A model generated the notes under the pieces. It was not told where the DNA came from, ran no database searches, and worked only from the letters and a program-made list of their open reading frames with translations. Position numbers and translations under genes: made by a program. A stretch of 64,000 bases of DNA from Azolla caroliniana (taxonomy: Eukaryota > Plantae > Polypodiophyta): the NCBI GenBank assembly GCA_043228905.1, contig JBHGNT010000014.1, forward strand, positions 10,168,001-10,232,000, given 5' to 3'. Below are positions 37,265 to 49,970 of the stretch, piece by piece (position 1 is the stretch's first letter; the number at the start of each line of letters is the position of its first letter).

Positions 37265-38816
37265 TCGTTTAACTCTTCATCTAATTGACTAAGTGTTGAG
37301 AGACAAACTCAACATCGGCCGGATCGGCTGAAGAAGCCGAGGACCGGATCGGTTAGGCCGAGTACATAAACCGGGAGGTCGTTAGGAAAGATATTCCGTG
37401 AGGAATATATTTGGGAGTTAGTGTAGGAGCTCTTGATGAGCATTGAAGTACTGTCAGTACTTTGGTCATTTGATGAGCATTGAAGTACAGTCAGTACTTC
37501 GGTCAGTCCTTCTAGGACTTGTATAAAAGTGTTCACTGAGCACATCTTATGTACAGACTGAGTATTATTGTTGAATATAGTTTTTTGTGTCTTCTCTCTC
37601 ACTCTCTCTGTCTCTCCCGCGTATACCGTTTAAGCTCTCCATTGAACCTGAGTTTCCTTCCTTCTGTTCGGTCTTCATACCTACTTCCGCATGTTACTTT
37701 TTACACTAAGGATTTCAAATTTGTTTGAGATACTTGGGCTATTAGTACTATTAATACTATCAGACACTCTATTAGTACTATTAATACTATCAGACACTCC
37801 AAAGGGAAGAATTGACTTGGGTTTAGTACAGGCTACGATTTGATTTACCTGTCTTCTTGGCCTATGGGGACAATTGATTGTGATATGTCCTGGTTCACCG
37901 CAATAAAGACATAATCGATTTGCACGGCGTCGTTGCTTTTCTTCTTCTGATAACGGGCCACGTCGACGCATGGTGTCAATCTCCATCAGTGTCGACGCAT
38001 GCGAACACTTTAGTCATGACTGAGGCGTATGTGGGCTCCGGCTTGGAGCATGGTATTTGTAATTGACGTTCGGAACGCCGTTCGAAAAGGCAGTTGTCAC
38101 ATCGAACCGCTCGACTGATTGCCTCCGTAAGAGATTTTGGTTCTTCGGGGAAGGTTAAAAATAAATCTTTTACATATCGTTTCGCAAGCCGTAGCGAAAC
38201 TACTCCATTAGTGCCTGATCATCCCAGGGGATATTTGAGGCGAGTAGACGGAAATCCGCCGCGTAGGCAGAGGTTGGACGATCACCTTGACGTAATCGTC
38301 GGATCTTGTTGATCGTTGTCCTGATGTTGTCGGTGTCTCCAAAGCAGGCTTTAAATTCACTAATAAAATCTTCAAAGTTATTAAGCAAGGGCGATTGTTT
38401 TTCTAGAAGCGGAGCGAACCATGCTAAGGCTGAGCCGCTAAGCAACGTGCCTATTAGGCCGAATCGGGATGCATCAGTGGGTATCGGGAAGGATGCATTT
38501 GGATGACTAATCGTACCTGATTAAGGAATCCCTGGAATTGTGATCGCATTCCATCAAATTTCACAGGAAGTTCAATCTTCGGCTCTTTATGAAATCCTTG
38601 GGGACTTGATCCTTGTTGTTGCAATGCTGCTTCAAGTTGTTGTACCCGTAACGCTAACTCCCCATGTTGTTGCTGCGTTTGTTGTTTTTCTAGAGCGATT
38701 TGTTGCAGATCCCCTATCAGCCGTTGGTTTTCTTGTTCCAAGGCAACAAATTTTTCTTTTAGGCACTGTAGCTCGGAGAAAACGGATTGATATTCTTGGG
38801 CGCTAACAGTAGCCAT
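37261..38816 (-). pseudogene. T1 gag with CCHC knuckle, interrupted by a solo LTR
   Basis: [41 protein letters not shown]. Confidence 0.88.
37294..37705. mobile_element. Solo LTR (412 bp), TSD CTAAG
   Basis: TG...CA ends, perfect 5-bp TSD, homologous to 61518-61948. Confidence 0.92.
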
Positions 38817-39799
38817 AGTATAGGAAAAAGGGTAGGAGGATGAGGGAGAACGACAAGTAGGCTTGAGGAGAAATTGTCAGGAATAGTACTAAAGCAGAGA
38901 GAGAATTAATACTAAAGAAGAGAAGTACTATTAGTACTAAGAGGATGGGATTGCGTAAGATTCCCGAGAGAGAAAGAGAGAAGAGGAGAGAGAGATAGCG
39001 AGGATGAGAGAGAGAGAGATGATGATAACAACTAATATATTATGTGAAGGATAAGTACAAAGTGGCTAAGAGGCTTAAGACTGGCGTTGAACCAATTTGG
39101 TTCAAAACAATGCCTTGTGCCTCCTTTTATAGTGCTCTCAGGAGTAGTCCTAAAGCTTCTAGAATGTTCTAGAGAAATCTGGAATATATATTAATTTCTT
39201 AAAGCATAAATGAAAATAATATCCTACAAATTACAATAGATGGTGTGATGGTTAAGAGCTCGACCCATATACCATAAGGTCATGGGTTTGAGTCTTGCCA
39301 TATCATGACAATACTTTTAACCTATAAAACATATTGTCTTCCATAGCCATATCCATTAATCTCTTTGCAGCAGAAATGGGGTATGTAAGCTTTGGAACCT
39401 ACAAAGCTTTAGATTCAAGAATGTCAAATCTTAAATTTGCAAGAAAAGTAGTGTTGGGTTTATCATCAATGTAAATTTGAACAAGCTTCATGTACATGCC
39501 CTTTATCATAGTCCTTATCAAATTTGACATTTGCAAACCTACACTCACAAAAACACAATTTTTTTTACATGTTCTTTGTCAAACACCCTCCTTCAGTAAG
39601 TTGAAAACCTATACAATAACAATATGAAACCAAAGGTTAATATGTTGTGGGAATGAAATAACAAGATCAAAATGATAGCTGTAAACAAAAGATGTAGTGT
39701 AATAATCAAGAAGCATTAATCATTATACTTTCACCTCCTAAGTAATGCTAGAACCTTGATCCCATGCACAATAAAATCAACTTTACTCTGTGTCTTTCG

Positions 39800-40470
39800 C
39801 ATACGCTTCCGCACACGTATTCTTTCACAATTCTTCTAGAAGTGTCGCAATGGGCCTCCCCCTTGACTTCAACCTCGTCCCCGATTTGTCCCAGTTCTAG
39901 GGACTCCGATTCCAGCCTCTTCCCCGGTTATGGTCGTCTTCCGTAACCAAGGCGTTCTTATCGCTTCCGGACTCCCAATCCTTCCTGTGAGCTTCTTCAT
40001 CCAGCAAGCTTGATTTTACCCTTGCTAGGGACAATTGTTTTCCTTCCAGCACAATGTTGCCCAAAGTGACAACTAGCGTCTCCCAACTATCCGGGAGCGA
40101 ACCAAGCAACAACGCAAGTACGTCATTCGCTAGAGGTACTTCTAATGAGGTTGTTTGGTTTATCAGCCCCTGGAATGCATTCATGTACTCTGCCATGCTG
40201 GATCCTTCTTGGTACAGGAGTCTCACCAACTTCTAGAATATTGAAACCCGATTTATGGCGTTCTTGCTCTCTAGCATGGTAACGATTTTCTTCATGAGCC
40301 TTGCTTTCTTCATTGACGTTTTTGTACAGGCTCATGTCGATGAAGCACCAAATGTATGCCGTCATCTTCATATGCATCACCTCCCAAGTCGCGGCATTGA
40401 TCTTGTCTGGCTTCTTGTCTCCAAACTGTACCGGCAACCAAAGATCTTTAACCACTAGCATGTCCCTCAT
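39800..40470 (-). pseudogene. Copia gag fragment of the C1 family
   Basis: MRDMLVVKDLWLPVQF, LLLGSLPDSWETLVVTL as in 7857-8588. Confidence 0.85.
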
Positions 40471-41020
40471 CCTCCTCAACGGTCACATTGATGGAGGCAG
40501 GGAGTCACAGATCTCTTTAATCTGGGTCGTGTAATCGGGCATCGACATGTCATTCTGTCGAACGTTACTCAACTCCTATCGGAGTTACAAATTCTAGGTG
40601 GTGGTGCTTGCAGGGAAGACCTTCAGGTTTTCCCAAGCTTCCTTTGGCGTTTTGGCGTCCCGGATATGGCTCAGCAGCTGATCGCCGACATTGGATGCAA
40701 AATAGTACATCACCCTGCTTGCCACTTGTTCCCAAGCCGCATCAGGTATTGTATCGTTAGCTTCGTCGATATAACTCTAGTAGCCATGCCCGAGCAGGTC
40801 CTACTGCATCTTGTATGAACAAGATGTGGTGTTGGATATGGCAAGCTTCTCCATCGGAAGTGAGCTAGTCATTCCTCTGTCGATTCTTCCCTTCCTATTC
40901 TTTACCAAATCTCTTGTCAGCACCAGAGGTTCTCAACTCTCACGATTTGATACCATGTAAAAGTGAAAGTGTGGAAGCATAGACAAAACCGGCTGAACCG
41001 GATAACAACAGAACACAGAG
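40471..41020 (-). mobile_element. 5' fragment of another Copia (LTR stub, Met-type PBS about 40944-40955, gag start)
   Basis: rc TGGTATCAAATC next to TGTAAAAG; degenerate gag. Confidence 0.6.
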
Positions 41021-41343
41021 ATCAAGGCTTCTCTGTCCAATAGTCGGATCGACATCGGAAGTGGTGTTGGTGTTGGCTTCACATTCTCCATATTGAAGCG
41101 CCTCAGCACCTTTTGGATGTAGGCGGATTGGGGGAGTCGAAGAGTTCTCGTCGTCCGATTTCGATCGATCCTCATGCCGAGTATGTATCAGGTTTGTCCG
41201 AGTTCCTTCATCACGAACTTTTCGTGAAGGCTCCACTTTAGCTTTCCGATTTCGGTTTCATTGCTCCCTAAAATCAACATGTTGGTGACGTATAGGACTA
41301 GTTAGATCCTGGTCTCGTCGGCTAGTTGCGGAGTATAGACACA

Positions 41344-41951
41344 TGTTAGGAAACAGGTCCCTCCGGATGGGAAGTGAGAAGAACAGTGTTGATGAGCAAC
41401 TCGGCCTCGGCTGAATCCGGATGTGGAGTACCCGGCAACAGAAGACCCTGTGAGAACCGGATGATGCAGGCCCGGTGAGAACCTCTCACCAGATGAAGGG
41501 ACATATATGTAAATATGTTCCAGAGAGCCCACTGGGGCTATATTTTGTAAATAGCCGAAAGTCATATTAGGATAAATATGACCTAGGGCAAACTCTATAG
41601 TGATGGTGTGGGTGTAATTTTGGTGTAACGATTGTATAGAGAGAGAGATAGAGAGAGAGAGACAGAGAGAGCGATACAGAGCACGGCTCTGTTGTAACCG
41701 CCGCCAGGCGAAGATCGTGAGCCGGAGGTCGTTGCCTCTGTGCTCCCTATTGTAATTGTTGGCATAGTGATAGTTTGGAGTCTGTGGACTCTCGTGGTTT
41801 TTCCCTCTCAAGGCTTTTCCACGTTAACATCCTGTGTATTCTCATTTCTGTTCAGGTACTTACCTCCATTCCCATTTCTTCTGTGTTTGATTGTTATCAA
41901 GTGATCTACGCTTCGGTTGTGACCGGAGATTATTCCGCGTATTTCCCGACA
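41344..41951 (+). mobile_element. Solo LTR related to the C1 LTR, inserted in C2 RT
   Basis: TG...CA; flanks ACACA/AAACA; reverse-complement similarity to about 8700-9010. Confidence 0.8.
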
Positions 41952-43711
41952 AAACATGGCAGAGTCGGACCGGTTGTAGCCGAGTTGTCGGATGTAGGAG
42001 TCGAACTTTTGGTACCACATCCTCGGCCCTTGTTTTAAGCCATAGAGTCTTTTCTTTAGTCAACATACGAGGTGACTTCCCTCCCCCACCATCGAGAATC
42101 CAGCTGGTTGAGATATGTAGATGTCTTCCTCTAGATCTTTGTGTAGGAAAGTCGTCTTTACGTCCAATTGCTCAAGCTCTAGATCCTCTGTCGCCACGAC
42201 CCCGAGTAGGAGCCGAAGGGTGGTCATCTTGACTACTGGAGAGAAGATCTCATCATAGTCAACTCCGTGTTCTTTCTTCAAGGGCTTTATATTTGGGCTT
42301 TTCTAAATCAGATATATATTTGTACCTGAAGACTCATTTGCAGGGTAGCGGCTTCCTTCCAATTGGTAGTTCGACCAACTCTCATGTATTGTTTTGATGA
42401 ATCAAGTTCATCTCGGATTGCATGGCTTGTAGCAATGTGTCGGCATGTGACGCGGCAATGGCTTCTTCGTAGGAGCTTGGTTCGCCAACGTCCATGTAGT
42501 TTATGTAGTCGAGGCCCGGTGAATAGAATTCTATCGGCCTTCTGACTCATGCGGATCTCCTGGGTAATGATTTTGTCACTTCAATTGCTTCAGTCGGCTC
42601 AGTTGGTCGATCTATATTTCTTGAAGCACTTCAGGAATCCTTCGGGATGACTCGCCCTTGTAATGGGATTTTGGCGATGTCGAATCATCCTCCCCTGTTT
42701 TGGGATTGATTGACAGGGTAGCCTTTCCCTTGGTCATTTTGACTTTGGCATTGTTGGCTCCTATCAATCTCGTAGTCGAATCAATTTTGATTAGTGGACC
42801 ACTTGTCGATACGGAGTTGACAGGTGTGTTGTCGGCTCAATCAATTTCGACTGTTTGTCGAATCTCTGATTCGGTCCTGTGGGTCGGTCTTTCTATGATG
42901 TCTCTATCGACTTTGAAGGATACCTTTTTACCAACTATTTTCTACTGGTTCCTCTCAGAGAGCATAGAGTGTTCATTGAAGACTACGTTACTACTCCGGA
43001 TCAATTTCCGATTCTCTGGGTCCCGTAGTCGGTAGCCAAAGTCCCCATCGGTTCCATAAGCGAGAAATATGCATTTAGTTGCATGGGGCACCAACTCGAT
43101 CCTTTTTTCCCTAGGGACCAAAGCATAGACATCACATCCGAATATACAAACCCTATCATAGGCTAGTTGTTTGCCTGACCATAGTGCTTGTGGCACTTCG
43201 AGTCTGATTGCTTTCGACGGTGATAGATTTATTAAATAAACTGATGTCTACAATGCCTCGGCCCAAAACTCCAGCTTCAGTCCGGCTTGTTGGAGCATTG
43301 TCGTCACCCCATTCTACATGGGTTTGTATGGAACGGTCTTTTGATGCCTGATCCATGTGTCGGACAAGTACTGTTTGAAGGCTCGTGAGGTGTATTCACC
43401 TCTATTGTCGCATTGGAGTGTCTTTACTTTGTATCCTGATCGTTTCTCCAATTCAGTTGTCCACCGAGTGAAGACCTCGAGCACTTCGTCTTTTGACCTA
43501 ATAGGAAAGGCCCAGACCTTCCGTGCATAATCATCTACAAATGTGATGCAGTACCGGGAGTCACCTAGTGATCGCTCAAGCATAGGCCCACATATATATG
43601 TGTGAAGAGCTCTAGGGGTTGTCATACCGTCTCATAGTGGAGAGAGTGCAAACTACAGGTCTGTTTCCCGTATTGACAATGCTCGCAATTTTGGAATGTA
43701 GCCAACCTCCA

Positions 43712-44099
43712 TCAATTGATCGAGTCTGTCTTGAGACATATGGCCGAGTCGGCCATGCCATAGGTTTGGGTTGGTCTTTTTGGCTACGTTCATGGCCCCT
43801 TCTATATTAATCACCATTATTGGATACAAGTTATTGTACTTGTGTCCGTTTCCGGTCTTTAGATTTCCTCGGCTGATCATCCATGTCGACTCACTCAGAG
43901 TCGTTCAATTGATCAAGTCTGTCTTGAGACATATGGCCGAGTCGGCCATGCCATAGGTTTGGGTTGGTCTTTTTGGCTACGTTCATGGCCCCTTCTATAT
44001 TAATCACCATTATTGGATACAGGTTATTGTACTTGTGTCCGTTTCCGGTCTTTAGATTTCCTTGGCTGATCATCCATGTCGACTCACTTAGAGTCGTTC
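43712..44099. repeat. 193-bp tandem duplication in the C2 GAG-pre-integrase region
   Basis: Two near-identical units starting 43712 and 43905. Confidence 0.93.
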
Positions 44100-45666
44100 T
44101 TTACCCATCTTCGGCTAGCATGCCGATGGCGACCAGACCCATTTTTAGTGCGGGTACATGCCGAACTTGGTGCAGGGTTATCATATTGCCATTTGACAAT
44201 TAGATTAGTACTTCGCCAATTCCTACAATTCTGCACTCCTGCCCATTTCCTAGTAGTACTGTGCCACTGACTTCGGCCGAATAGTTCGAAAACCATTCGA
44301 TGTTCGGGGTCACGTGGAATTTGGCACCGGAATACAACAACCATGTATGTGCATCTTGCGCACTATAGAGGATTTCTCCGATCATCGAGTCTACTAAAGA
44401 AAGGATTTCTCCCAATCGGGTGTCGACAACATTGATTTGGTTGTCGACTGGAGAGTGGTTTGAGTTGGATCATCCTCGATTCCGCTTGCATCGCAGAACA
44501 CTCTCTTTCCTCTTGATCGACCAGTATTCGGAAATGTTGTGACCGGCTTTTTTGCAATGAGTGTAAAATTTTCCTGATAACCTCGTTCTCGACTTCGACC
44601 ACTGTTAGTCTCCCCTCGTTCTCGATCGACTATGATTTTGACCGGTTCTATCAAATTATTCTCTCGATTGACTATGTCTATCGGTCGACTCGGTCGAGTG
44701 ATGGGCGATGGTAATTCCCATCAATGTTTGCCAAATGTCCTCTGTGAGGACTTGGCCGACTATTTCCTCTAGATTCAAATTTGGTCGGCTATTGGCAAAT
44801 GTCGTGCAGAATACCACCCAACTCGCCGACAAGCTCGATAGGTGGGCCAGGGCTTTTACTTCTTCTTCGAAGTTAATCCCTTGGGAGGATAGTTCAGACA
44901 ACACTCGACTGAAGGTGTTGATGTGGGAGGTGGTTGGCTCGGTTTCTCTCATCTTCATGTTGTACAATTGTTTGATCAATATCAATTTTGAAGATGAGTA
45001 CTTCATTTCGTACACAACTTGAAGCTTCTCCCATAATGAGAATGTTGTCGTCTCCTTGGCCATTCTGAAGTAGACGTTTTTGGCTAGATGCATTCGGATG
45101 GTGGAGCACGTGATTTCGTCTATGGATCTCCACTCTACTGCTATCATAGAAGCAGGTTTTTCACTATGTTGAATGGCTTCGACCTATCTTCTTATGGTCA
45201 ACACATCCTACATCATCTCCTTCCACAGGGCAACGGTTTTTCCATAGAACTTTCGGATTTCAACTCCTATACCGAATTTGAAGCCATGTTCTTTTTCAAA
45301 GTGAGATTTTTATTGACCTTGTCTTTTCTTTCAACTTGCTCTGTTGTTTTGTTCCCGTTGAACAAGTCACTCTGATACCAGTTTTATGGCGTCCAATATG
45401 TATGCGGAAGTATGTGAGGACCTGTCGATTATGTATACAACAAACAACACAGAGAGTATGACAGAAGAAAGAATGGAAAGGTAGACACACTTCAAGCTCT
45501 AATGGAGGCTCTCGTTATTCTGTAACTCTTACACTCTCAGAAACTCAAGATACAAGAAAGGATTAACGTTACAGTGTTAGGATAGAGCTTATATACTAAG
45601 CCCTAACTATTTGGGTGTGTTCACACTAAGATACAAGGTGGAAGGAGTCGGCCTTTTATGCCAATA

Positions 45667-46102
45667 AGCAACATGCCGATCAGTCGGAAAACAAACAAGT
45701 TCAATTTCACTGGAATGGACTTGGTTGCAGACAAAATGATAGTGCATCTTAATATGCTTGGTCCAGGCGTGGAAGATGGGGTTCTTCGCAAGTTCGATGT
45801 TGCAGATCCTTCAATAGTTTTTTCAGCCATACAGCTTCGCACGTCACAATAGCTGCTCCTCGATGCTCAACCTTTGTGCTCGACTGTCGGTTGTTTCTTG
45901 CTGCTCCAAGCGATTGCGGCACTTCCAAGTGAAAATGCGAAGCCTGATGTAGACCTGCGATTGCTGGCATTTCTGGGCCAATCGGCATTCGTGTAGTCGA
46001 CCAACTGTTCGGCAATACTGGTCCGATATAGCAAACCCTTGTCCTTAGTCCCGCTAACATACCTAAGTATTCGTTGCACACATTGAAGTATTCATAGACA
46101 TA
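45667..46102 (-). pseudogene. Copia RT/RNase H fragment
   Basis: QRILRYVSGT, NRRSTSG, AWSSKKQPTV, HARTKHI-like. Confidence 0.85.
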
Positions 46103-48062
46103 TGCCACACCATGGTGGAATGTAGGGATTGAACCCAAGACCTCCTGGTCTCCATTGGGCAACCCTACCAATTAAGCTACATCAATCTATGCATCCTTGC
46201 ATTAAAATCCAACTTCAATGGTAAATTGAACATTTGAAGTTCCTAGCTTTCTTACATGCATTCTCTTTTCCTAGCTTGGATACATGCATTCTCTATTCCT
46301 AGCTTGCATACATGCATTCTCTATTCCTAGCTAGCATACATACCTCTACCTTCTTGTATAAATACTCAAGTGCACCTTGATTCTAATCAAGGTGAACAAC
46401 ATAGTGTGGTCGATTCTGGAGAAGATACGCCCGGTTCGGAGTTGATCGAGGAGCGCTGGAATTAAGGGCAAGGGATAACAATTACGCACCATAAACAAAA
46501 TCCACACATAGGCGTATTGAGCCATCCTTGTTCTTGACAAATAAAATTGGGGCCCTGGCCAGTGCTTTGGAGGGTTGAATGAAGCCCTTCGCGAGGTTGT
46601 CAGCCAGATATGTGCGGAGAGCCTCAAGTTTGGGTTCCGATAGCCCAAAGATCGGGCCAAATGGTGGATGCTCGTCAAATCGGACTTCAATTGGGCAATC
46701 ATAGAGGCGATGTGTCGGTAACCGATCTGCATTTCGCTTCTCGAATATATCCAAAAAGTTGCTATATCGTGCAGTCAAACTGTTCACAGGAATGGAGATG
46801 TCCCACGACAAAATGGCTAGTGTTGCGACCAAGCCAAAATTGGCTGCAATGGAATCAAGAGAATTTAGTGACCCAGCCGGAATCGGCCGCACCAGAAAAG
46901 TGATGGAGTGATTGCACCAATCCACTATCGGATTGTGGGTCTCCAACCAAGATAGCCCCAAAACAATCGAATGTCCGGGGGGTTGCAATGAGGTAGAAGG
47001 TTAGTACCTCATGGTGGGGCCCGACTTGAAGTACCAACGATGGGGGTTCCGAAAGGTTCAAGAGAGGAGTCTTGACATCGTTTCGGAGACCGCCATGAAA
47101 ATGGTCACATAAGTCTTGGTCATCCCAACTAACATTGCAGGCAATCTGGTGGAACTCTAAAGCGTAGACAAAGGCTGGACGTGAGCCTTGTTTGAAGGAA
47201 TAGAGCTTCGTGAGTATTGTTCGTCATCGGTATGTCTCGCTGAACGTAGCTTCAAGCTCAGCAAGGAAAATGGTGAAGTTTTCTAAGAGAGGGGATGAGG
47301 TCTCGACCAAGGGTGCAAACCACGTTTGCGCCGGCCCGAAGAAAAGGGTGCCGACGAGGCCGACCCAACAAAAGTCATTAGCATACCGTTGGGGCTGTAA
47401 ACAGTAGATAAGCCGAATTTGATTGATGAAGCTATGAAGATACGCCCTCGTGTCGTTGAATTTGTCGAGTAGGCTAATGGTTGGTTCAAGTACATATGGA
47501 TGGGAAGAGGAAGTGGTTTGGGCTAGGTGCCGACGGCGGTTGTGGCTCGGAGGGTGGTGGGTTTCTTAATGTGACAGACCCGTAATGATTACCGAAGGAT
47601 TTCATTTTCGAGTTGAAGTTGTTGCAAAGCTGCCATTACTTGGTTTAGGTTGTCGACGGAGTCGCACATGGTAGTAAGAAGAGAAAGGTGAACAAATTGT
47701 CACAGACGAGTATAATAGAGTAGAACCAAGATGAAACTAAGAACTAGGAGAGAGGAAAAGAACAAGAACTTGACTTATGATTCCATAACTGATGTTGTTC
47801 ACCTTTATTAGAATCAAGGTGCACCTCAGTATTTATACAAGAAGGTAGAGGTATGTATGCAAGCTAGGAATAGAGAATGCATGTAAGCAAGATAGGAATA
47901 GAAAATGCATGCAAGCTAGGAACTTCCAATGTTCAATCTACCATACATGAAGTTGTATTTTAATGCATGGATGCATAGATGGATGTAGCTTAGTTGGTAG
48001 GGTTGCCCAATGGAGACTACGAGGTCTTGGGTTAAATCCCTACCTTCCACCATGGTGTGGCA
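46103..48062 (-). mobile_element. Chromovirus-like element T2: 5' LTR 47698-48062, gag/protease/RT start, fused at about 46403 to an inverted partial LTR (46103-46402)
   Basis: TGCCA...TGACA LTR; IVLGLSWLETHNP, PILFVKNKDGSIRLCVDF, YPLPLI; left LTR is the reverse complement of 47792-48062. Confidence 0.88.
47980..48052 (+). ncRNA. tRNA-like 73-nt module ending in CCA within the T2 LTR (second copy 46113-46185, minus)
   Basis: TAGCTTAGTTGGTAG (A box/D arm), GAGGTC.TGGGTTCAATCCC (variable loop/T arm in the left copy), acceptor-like TGGATG/CATTCCA plus CCA; anticodon arm not recognisable. Confidence 0.7.
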
Positions 48063-49970
48063 TCTATGATAAGTAAAGTACTCTCAAGTCACAAGCTAAA
48101 TCTTGACTGAAGCATCTTGGAGGAAATCGTTTGCAAACGATTCGGTCAGTGACGCCTACATAGTACAAAGTTTGACCGACTGATCTAACAGCCGAGGGAG
48201 AAGTTCTTCGCGACCGCCGACAAATCAGTGAAGCCGGAGCAAGTCCCTGGATAATCGAACCGGCAACTATTGCAAGAAACCCGGACATATCAAGACCGAT
48301 TGTTGCACCCCCTCAAAGACAAAAAAAATGACAAGGCTCAGAGAGCTTATCACAAGGGCAACTGACAAGAGGAGGTTAACTATGTTGGCTCATCAGTCGA
48401 CGGACGACCTAAACATTTTGTTCATAGAACACTCAGTCGAATCAGAAGTTCTCCTTACAACTGAAGAATCAAGCACATGGCTCCTAGATTTGGGTGCGTC
48501 CTACCATGTGACCTTACACAAATCCCATTTCGGCAATATTCGGCCTAACATTCCGACTCAATCCAAGTCGGAAACTCACAACACTACGCCATAATTGGAA
48601 TCAGCACTACATAGCTCAACCTTCTAGGTGGTTCTACATTAGTACTACACAATGTCTGACATGTACCTGAGCTCTCAAGACCATTGATTTCAGTCGGAAA
48701 ACTTGACGAAGATAGCATCTGTGCCAGCTTCTCATCAAGAGGGTGGACACTGCATAGGGGGAACCTCCTACTTGCTCGAGGTCCAAAAGTACACCTTGTA
48801 CCTACTATATGTCAAACTCAAAGAAGGTGAATTGTTTCTGGTCAATATTTCCGGATCATCCCTATGGCACGGCCGACTTGGACATCTCAGCAAGGCTGGC
48901 ATCACGCATTTTTCCAAAGCCGGATACATCCCCAAACTCTCCTTCTCGAATCACCAATTTTGTGAGCATTGCCAGTAAGGCAAACAAGTCATTGCCTTAC
49001 AGTCAACTAGAGGGCCGAGAGAGACAAGTTTTCTTGAGTTGGTTCATTCAGGCATCTGGGGCTCAATTCCACCTTAGTCTCTCGGGGGCACCTCCTACTT
49101 CATCACATTTATTGACTATTTGACTCGGAAGGTGTGGGCCTATTTGGCCATAACCAAAGATCGAGCATGGTCGAAAATCAAACAGGTCCAAACCTGAAAT
49201 GTCTTCGAACTGATAACGGGGGAGAATTCACCAAATTTTTCTGATAGTGCGGTGTCGAGGTTTTCCTCGCGGATGCGCGGAATGAGGCGGGGCCTCGGGG
49301 GTCTTGTACCGAAGAGCAGGAGAGAAAAGAGAAGGGAGGGGACCCACTACGTGCAAGCGTAGATTCACAGGGACACGGCCCTTCGACACAAAGACGCGAG
49401 TGGGACACCGACGCAGAGAGACACGAATGTACGTATATATATATTAACAAAGACAAACAACAAGAAACACGAGTTCGGTTACAATCGAACAGGCCGGCGA
49501 ACAGATGCCGATGCCTGTTCGTAAACGCTCAGAAAGAAAGGAGCAAGTTGGAGGTGCTGCCGGAAGCACTCGGGCATTCCTCAGAGCAGCGCGAGCCTCC
49601 CGAAACCTACATAGAAAGAAGCTACGGAGCTTTGGAAGAGAGAGAAGTCTTCGGCCGACAATCCGACAGCAGTTCGTCCTCTCTATCCGCGATCCGCTCT
49701 CTCCTCCTCGTCTACCTCCTTTTATAGGCAAGAAAGGAGCCGTTTCCCATTAACTTCCTACCTACCGAATCTACCTACCTAGGATCTTCTATGTACCTAA
49801 ACCTCTCTTATGTACAACATAAGGCGTATGTGCATGAAGAGCCGGTTCCTACGCTCCAGTGCACCGATTCTGCTCGTGGACGGTTTTCTCCACGACATCC
49901 GCCCCCACCTAACCACGCATCCACCGGCATGCGCCAAATTAAGTTGGGACGGAGAAAACCGATCCAGTCT

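Larger units (their letters stand above)
33965..39310 (-). mobile_element. Chromoviral Ty3/Gypsy T1 (Tf1/Tcn1-like); LTRs 33965-34398 and 38875-39310; TSD ATACT
   Basis: Direct repeats TGTCA...TGACA, TSD on both sides, PPT (rc AAGGGGGGATAG) at 34399-34410. Confidence 0.95.
41021..45666 (-). mobile_element. Degenerate Copia C2 (5' LTR about 45384-45666, Met PBS 45370-45380, gag, protease, integrase, truncated RT)
   Basis: CTCTGATACCA; WLLYSGAKFH, FVDDYARK, QCDNRGEY, QLDVKTTF. Confidence 0.85.

Noticed and set aside
38840-38874. Self-priming or tRNA PBS in T1
   Set aside because: The sequence after the 5' LTR (ATTTCTCCTCAAGCC) has no TGG start and I found no complement in the LTR; priming mode unresolved
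47980-48052. Genuine tRNA gene
   Set aside because: No proper anticodon arm and a 6-nt T loop; embedded in duplicated LTRs, so reported as tRNA-like only
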